DNA from: Octopus vulgaris
Lineage: Eukaryota
Length of the DNA stretch: 64,000 nt
NCBI GenBank assembly: GCA_951406725.2
Contig: OX597824.1
Coordinates: forward strand, 89,466,001-89,530,000
Direction: 5' to 3'
Part shown: piece by piece, positions 28,390 through 64,000 of the stretch
How positions within the stretch are numbered: the stretch's first letter is position 1
Layout of the letters: every line of letters starts with the position of its first letter
Notes under the pieces: model-generated
What the model saw: the letters and a program-made list of their open reading frames with translations, nothing else
Databases searched by the model: none
Told to the model about the DNA's origin: nothing
Program-made: the position numbers and the translations under genes

Positions 28390-29058
28390 TACTCTTTACT
28401 CTTTTACTTGTTCCAGTCATTTGACTGCGGCCATGCTGGAGCACCGCCTTTGTTCATATATTAATACAAAAATATAACCTAAAAGAATAAATAAATAAAT
28501 AAATAATCAAAAATATTCTAAAAGAAATAAATAATAGAAATATTCTATTATTGTGTTTTTTCCCCTTAACTCGGTCGGCAGGAGAAGAATTTTGCAACTG
28601 CTCTCTTATCTCTAGACAATGAGCCGGTCCTTTTGCTTAACGGCATGTCAGTTTTGGGGAATTTAAAGATTTTCAGATAATCTCTCCTCCTCAAGTGAAG
28701 CTAGTCTCAACAACCAATTAGCAATTGTGGAATACCAGAAGGCGATAATTTTAATAAATCAAGAATTTATGTTGTATGGTATATGATATGCCTGTATTTG
28801 TGTCTACGTGCCTGAAATACATTCCAATGGCCATTCCTAGTTATTTCTCTGAGCTTATTTTTGTTTAAATTATATCCACACCTATTTTTAATCTTGATGT
28901 TGGTGCAAAAAATGTAATCATATTACAGATGGAGTTTTACGATATTCTGTTTTAACAAAAAAATAAACCGAAACAACGAAGCTAATTGTTTCTTCACCAC
29001 TGCCATATCTCTTGATATTACATTCTTAAGCTTTGTTTCATTATATAGTTTTGATGGA

Positions 29059-29920
29059 GGGCAGCGAGCTGGCAGAAACGTTAGCACGCCGGGCGAAATG
29101 CGTAGCCGTATTTCGTCTGCCGTTACGTTCTGAGTTCAAATTCCGCCGAGGTCGACTATGCCTTTCATCCTTTCGTGGTCGATAAATTAAGTACCAGTTA
29201 CGCACTGGGGTCGATGTAATCTACTTAATCCCTTTGTCTGTCCTTGTTTGTCCCCCATATGTTTAGCCCCTTGTGGGCAATAAAGAAATAAGAATATATA
29301 TATATATATATGTGTGGAAGGTGGCGAGCTGGCAGAAACGTTAGCGCGCCGGGCGAAATGCGTAGCCGTATTTCGTCTGCCGCTACGTTCTGAGTTCAAA
29401 TTCCGCCGAGGTCGACTTTGCTTTTCATCCTTTCAGTGTCGATTAAATAAGTACCGGTTATGCACTGGGGTCGAAGTAATTGACTTAATCCGTTTGTCTG
29501 TCCTCTCTGTGTTTAGCCCCTTGTGGGTAGTAAAGAAATAGGTATTTCGTCTGCCGTTACGTTCTGAGTTCAAATCCTGCCAAGGTCGACTTTGCCTTTC
29601 ATCCATTCGGGGTCAATAAATTAAGTACCAGTTACACACTGCAGTCGATGTACTCGACTTAATCCGTTTATCTGTTCTTGTTTGTCCCCTCTATGTTTAG
29701 ACCCTTGTGGGCAATAAAGAAATAAGAATCGTTAACGCGCCGAGTGAACTGCTAAATGGCATTTCGTCAGCCGTTACGTTCTGAGTTCAAATTACACCGC
29801 GGTCGATTTTGCCTTTCACCCTTTCAGGGTCGATCAAATTAGTACCAGTCAACCAGTAATCGACTTAATCCCTCTCCCCAAAATTTGAGGCCTTGTGCTT
29901 CCAGTAGAAAGGGTTCAATA
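29059..29920 (+). mobile_element. SINE family B tandem array (~4 units)
   Basis: Units start near 29059, 29318, 29541 and 29726. Confidence 0.9.
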
Positions 29921-30484
29921 TTTTTGATTTTTCTCAGAGAAAGTCTTTGACCCTGGGCCGCGATCGAAGAACTTCAGTATTTCAACTAAACCTCATCAAC
30001 TTTTCAGTTATTACTAATTTCTTTCTTTTCTCTCTTTTAATGAGGATTCTTGGATCTTTTCTTATCTTTTACTTGTTTTACTCATTAGGCAGCGGTCATG
30101 CTGGGGTACCACTTTAAAGGGTTTAGTTAAAGAAATCAACCTCAGTTCTTTCTTTTCTTTTCTTTTTTTTGTCTGGTACTTATTCTGTCTTGTTTCGCTG
30201 AACCGCTAAGTAACAGATGTAAACTAACCGACATTGGAGCTCCAGTGTTGTGGGGAGAAGAACACACACACACACACACACACACATGTATATATCTAGA
30301 AGAGGCTTCCACTCAGTTTCTATCTAGCATATCCATTCACAATGTACAAGATACTTGCCCAAAGTTCCATTCGGTGGGACTGAATCCAAAACTACATGGT
30401 TGCAAAATGAGTTTCTATCCACAGTCGATTGTAGAGATTTTCTCCATTAACGTTCTATGACGTTTTTCTTCTTCCATCTATGAT

Positions 30485-30765
30485 TTATTACCTCCCCTTA
30501 GCGAAGACGGAGGTATTGTTTTCAGTCGCGTTTGTTTGTTTGATGATCCGTGGACAAGATATCTCAAGAACCGCTGGATGGATTCGGATGAAACTTTCAG
30601 GGATGTTTGGCCTCGTGACTAGCACGGACTGATTAGATTTGGGGATTGATCCGGTACCAGAGAAGGATTCTGAATTGCTTTTCCGTTTTTCTTACTTAAT
30701 TTTTGAGACCGATCGGGTTCAATTTTAGTATTCTCGTCTGTGAGAGCAGTCGAATATATTTCAGA
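30485..30765 (+). mobile_element. Helentron-associated (DINE-1/HINE-like) non-autonomous fragment
   Basis: TTATTACCTCC...GGAGGTA subterminal inverted repeat, (GTTT)n, GGATGGATTCGGATGAAACTT core. Confidence 0.6.
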
Positions 30766-32252
30766 CAAGGCCAGCAATTTTAGGGGATGGGTAAGTCGAT
30801 TACATCGACCCCAGTGCGTAACTGGTACTTATTTTATCAACCCCGAAAGGATGAAAGGCAAGGTCGACATTGGCGGAATTTGAACCCAGAACGTAAAGTC
30901 GGATGAAATACTGCTAGGCACTTTGCCCCGTGTGCTAACGATTCTGCCAGATCGCCGCCTTGATGTTGAACTTTAAACTTAATTTTATTTTGTTTGGGAG
31001 TAATTTATATTAGCAGACTTTATGTAATTTGGTTTGTCTTATAGGGAAGATTTTATTTAATAGCTTCTAATTACAGAACAGTCCCCCCTCCCTGTCTGGT
31101 GACCATGGTAAACATCTGAGTTAGTTGTTAGGGTGATGTAGTCTGAACATAACCATTATCTTCCCTACCTATACCATATTAAAGGACATGATGGTGTTTA
31201 CAAACCTATTGCCTTGTTGGTAGCATTTAGTTCGCTTTTAACTATTAACCTAATTTTTTGTAACCTTTTCTTTCCTGTATATTACTCTGTTGCTAATTAA
31301 TTACAATTAATTTGTAAGTTTGTATTTATCGTTTGCCTTTTTTTAAAAATCTGTTTCAGTCATTAGATTGCGGCCATCCTGGGCGGAACCCCTTTGAAGG
31401 GTTTCAATAGAAGAAATCGACCCCAGGGTTTATTTTTCTCTTTTGAGTCTGGTACTTATTCTATCATATTCTTTTTCCGACCCGCAAAGTTACGGGACGC
31501 AAACAAACCAACGCCCGTTATCAAGTGGTGGTGGAGCGCACAGACACACACAACAGGTTTCAAAAGTTTCCTTCAAGCAAATTCATAGCCCTTGGCCCAG
31601 GGCTGTAGTAGAAGACACTTGTTCAAGGTGCCACACAGTGGGACTGAACTTGAAATGCACAAAAATAAAAGCGGGGTGGCCCTCAGGACCCCAATGTCCT
31701 TTTGTTTAATTCCAAACCCGCTGGCCCATGAAAGATTAAAGGGTTAGCATTGGTCAGAAAAGGGGGTTGAAAAAGGAAGCTGGAACCTTGCAGTTCAAAT
31801 TGGGACAGGTTTCATTTTTAAAGTTTCTTATTTTGTTATGATCTGCACATCTCTTATCCATTTACTTATGACATATTCAATCTGGTTTCGTATCATTTCT
31901 GCTGCCTTATTTCTGTATAATTCTAGAATCTGTGGCTGAGGGACTGTGTTGAACCCTCTCTAGTAATCCTTACCCAGCCCCTTGTTTCTTCTAAAGCCTT
32001 CAATAAATCTTTTCTGATTGAGACAGACTGGTTTTTGTCTGAAAGAATATCTCTTCATAGAACTGTAAGGTTAAAATCATAAATATCTGTGCGAGGTGAA
32101 CATCATCGCAGCAGTGACTTATGAGATTTCAGACGCATTTCAGCCTTCTTAGGCTCTGTCAATGATGTGAATCCAATCACTGTGTGCCTAAACGAAATCC
32201 ATCCCTCGAATCACTGTTACTGCATAAAACTTTTTGGGTTGTTTTCTACGTA

Positions 32253-32665
32253 TAGGCGCAGGAGTGGCTGTGTGGTAAGTAGATTGCTAACCAACCACAT
32301 GGTTCCGGGTTCAGTCTCACTGCGTGGCATCTTGGGCAAGTGTCTTCTGTTATAGCCCCGGGCTGACCAATGCCTTGTGAGTGGATTTGGTAGACGGAAA
32401 CTGAAAGAAGCCCGTCGTATATATGTATATATATATAAAGTGTGTGTGTATATGTTTGTGTGTTTGTGTTTGTCCCCCTAGCATTGCTTGACAACCGATG
32501 CTGGTGTGTTTATGTCCCCGTCACTTAACGGTTCGGCAAAAGAGACCTATAGAATAAGTACTGGGCTTACAAAGAATAAGTCCCGGGGTCGATTTGCTCG
32601 ACTAAAGGCGGTGCTCCAGCATGGCCGCAGTCAAATGACTGAAACAAGTAAAAGAGTAAAAGAGA
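32253..32665 (+). mobile_element. SINE family A, full-length
   Basis: Head, internal TA/TG microsatellite, (AAGAGTAA) tail. Confidence 0.92.
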
Positions 32666-32821
32666 GAGAGAGAGAGTATCTGAGAGACGAATTTTGTAGT
32701 CCTAGATATACACAAAAACCAGATGGGATGGTCATGTCAGAAATGTCTTTGACCATAAGTCAACCACAAATTAAGACTGAGCTGGAAACAAACAACAATA
32801 AAAGAATGAAGAACTTACAAC

Positions 32822-32860
32822 TTTATTTCCTGATTTTTATAAAAAATTTTTGTCTTTATT
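32822..32860 (-). terminator. Candidate polyadenylation signals for TKFC
   Basis: AATAAA on the minus strand at 32860-32855 and 32827-32822, ~950 nt past the stop; AT-rich context makes this weak. Confidence 0.35.
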
Positions 32861-33802
32861 GGGTGATAAATACAAAAATAAAATTGGCAAAGAAAATAAA
32901 TTCATTTAATAATTCTTAATCAAAAATAATTTGTAATTAAAAAAATAATTCCCTTTAACTCCAGAATACTGTAATTAATAATATTTAACTCCAGAATACT
33001 ATAATTAATCATATTAATTACATCTGTATTTTTACTGCTTTACCAGATTATTTTCATAATTATTCTTATAATTATCATTAATAATGCTTTAATGGCAATT
33101 CATTTTTAAGGTGTATTGTTTGGTTTGCTGAAAGCTGACACTTTAACACTTTCCTTACCATATTTCCATCGAAATAATCTACATGTGTTCCAATTAATCA
33201 TGAAATAAAGATGCGATTTGAGGGAGATTTGGCTGCTATTTTTGTTAAGAAAGCTATATAAACTTTTATAGTTTCAATCTAAGGACTTGTGTGTCCAGGA
33301 TTCTTGCCATTAAGATCGAGGCCAACCCCTTAATATTTGTTTCAAATTTTGGCACAAGGCCAGCAATTTCTGGGGTGAGGGTAAGTCGATTACATCAACC
33401 TCAGTATGCAACTGGTGCCCCAAGAGGATGAAAAGGCAAAGTTGACACTGGTGGAATTTGAACCTAGAACGTAAAGATGGACAAAAAAACCCTTAATATT
33501 AATGGCAAAATTCTTATTCCTTAAGCAATGAGAGGATGTCTTCTGATTGATTCATAGAGCCACTCAGCATCTCCCACACTGAATGGCACCCTCATGTCCA
33601 TATATGGTAATGCCAATGGTAATAACAGTAATGGCGATTGTGATGATGATGGTGATAATATTGCCATGGCAATCATGAAACTGAAGAGATAGCACATATC
33701 ATGACTGTTTTTCTCTGATCATTCTAAACATCACAGAATCTTGAATAAAGGGATGTATAAGCTATGCTAAAGTGACAATCTGGTCCCTCTTGCAGCAACT
33801 TC

Positions 33803-61934
<28,132 letters not shown>

Positions 61935-62182
61935 AGTCGACTAACAAGGCACGCAAACTAGTCGATTCAACCGTAAACTTGTCGCCAAACTTCTTCGTGG
62001 CTGATGTCACCGCTCGGAGACGATGGAAGGAAGATAACTCCAACAGTTTTATTCTTCTTCAACGAATAAAGAATTCAAATTTTGGTACAAAGTCAGCTTT
62101 TTGGGGGTGAGGTGGGGGAGTAAGGCGATTACATCGACCTCATATGCATGTATATATGTATATTTATGTATGTATGTATGTA

Positions 62183-62395
62183 TACTCTTTTACTCTTTTA
62201 CTTGTTTCAGTCATTTGACTGCGGCCATGCTGGAGCACCGCCTTTAGTCGATCAAATCGACTCCGGGACTTATTCTTTTGTAAGCCTAGTACTTATTCTA
62301 TCGGTCTCTTTTTGCCGAACCGCTAAGTGACGGGGACGTAAACACACCAGCATCGGTTGTCAAGCAATGCTTGGGGGACAAACACAGACACACAA

Positions 62396-62438
<43 letters not shown>

Positions 62439-62752
62439 ATGAAAGGTAAAGTCGACCTGGGCGCAGTTTGAACTCAGAACGTGAGGACGAACGAAATGTC
62501 GCTAGGCATTTCGTCCGGCGTGCTAACGACTCTTATTTCTTTATTGCCCGCAAAGGGCTTAACATAAGAGGGGACAAACAAGGACAGACAAAGAGATTAA
62601 GTCGATTACATCGACCCCAGTGCGTAACTGGTTCTTAATTTATCGAAAGGCAAAGTCGACCTCGGCGGAATTTGAACTCAGAACGTAGCGGCAAACGAAA
62701 TACTGCTAGGCATTTCGCCCGGCGTGCTAACGACTCTGCCAGCTTACCGCCT
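62183..62752 (-). mobile_element. SINE A 3' half plus SINE B dimer just upstream of the TKFC ATG
   Basis: Similarity to the other copies. Confidence 0.88.
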
Positions 62753-63172
62753 TAAATTCCACTTTAATGAATAACGAAGAGAATTGTTAGTGACCCTGTT
62801 TCGATTCTCGCCGTTGTTATTGTTGGTTAACCCTCGGCCAGAACTAGTACAGCTGATCAATGAATAAAGATGGGTGGAGATGTCGAATATACAGGCAAAC
62901 AACGGCGGAGGTAAAGATCGTGGACCGGACACCCTTTTGCGACTTTTTAAAATTTTTTTACAGGAACACACTATATCGAGGGCGGAGATTCCGAATCTGC
63001 AAAAAAAAAAAAAAAAAAAAAAATTCATATCGAAATTTAATCATAATCTCAATATTTTTCTACGTATTTCGCATCCCCAAAAATAAATTCTTTAAAAAGT
63101 GAAAATTTAAGAAATTTTAGACTAGGGGTTAGACAAGTGGGGTGATTTAAATTTTGAAATGCAGATTTTTTT

Positions 63173-63765
63173 GATCTTTTCCTTTTGAACGGCACATGTC
63201 AACACAATTTCTAGTTAACTAAACACTTTAAAACTTTGTATACTGGTAGAATGTGTCAAAATAAAACATTCTTTTCTCTTGGCTTTCTTGAGAAAATTGT
63301 AATTTGTTTGTTTAACGTAGTTTAATTTTTCGAATTTTAACCAATGAATTGCCTCTAGTGAGCTAAAATCATTTGCTGCGTCTAAAACTGAGACAACATC
63401 CTGTTACTAACCCTAACCCTCACCCTAACCCTAACCCTAAATTTTTTTTTCCTGATTGTTAAATTAATTTAATTGTTACGCGTGTAAAAAAAAACCAAAG
63501 GCTAATTGATTAAATTATTTTCCATTGCTTTCGTTTTAGCCTTTCGTTTTTTTCTCTTAATTGTTATCCTTAAATTAATTTAACAATTAAGAAAAAAAAA
63601 CGAAAGGCAAAAATTTAGGGTTAAGGTGAGCGTGAGGGTGGGGATGTTGTCTCAGTTTTAGACGCAGCAAATGATTTTAGCTCAATTAGAGGCGATTCAT
63701 TGGTTAAAATTCGAAAAATTAAACTACGTTAAACAAACGAATTACAATTTTCTCAAGAAAACCAA
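63173..63765. mobile_element. Palindromic MITE with long arms and (TAACCC)n
   Basis: Arms 63279-63446 and 63608-63765 are reverse complements; right end truncated. Confidence 0.8.
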
Positions 63766-64000
63766 CAAACAAACAGCAACAACAACAAGAAAAGGAGCAG
63801 TTGGTGTGAGGTCGCTTGGTTGGTTACGGGTTAGCACACCTTTCAGTCAGATTAGGTCAGATTAACTGACTTGTGTGAGGTCCCTGGGGTCGGAGTGGTG
63901 GTGAGGCATACATTGTCACCAACTTGTTTCAAGGGGTACAAACGGGGATGGCCACCCCTGATTTTATCCTGCTTAAGAAGCACTTCTTCTTCTTAAGACT

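Noticed and set aside
63407-63440. Chromosome end or fusion scar
   Set aside because: Only ~5 units, embedded in a palindromic repeat that has a relative at 60310

Overview
Eukaryotic, AT-rich, microsatellite- and SINE-saturated animal DNA. The SINE repertoire looks like Octopus/coleoid cephalopod, recognised from memory and not by search. One complete protein-coding gene is supported: triokinase/FMN cyclase (TKFC/DAK) on the minus strand. It has 16 GT-AG coding exons from ATG 61934 to TGA 33803, giving 1779 nt (592 aa), and all splice phases join without frameshift. The first ~33 kb hold no recognisable gene apart from one orphan candidate terminal exon (+, from 8465). The rest is tRNA-derived SINEs (several families, often tandem, nested or chimeric), Tc1/mariner and hAT MITEs, Helitrons, Penelope/RTE/LINE relics and simple repeats. 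Almost all ORFs in the supplied track are microsatellite artefacts. I found no convincing new biological system. The best leads are intronic dsRNA fold-backs (ADAR candidates), SINE multimers with invariant junctions, modular SINE/Helitron chimeras and a telomeric-repeat palindrome upstream of TKFC.
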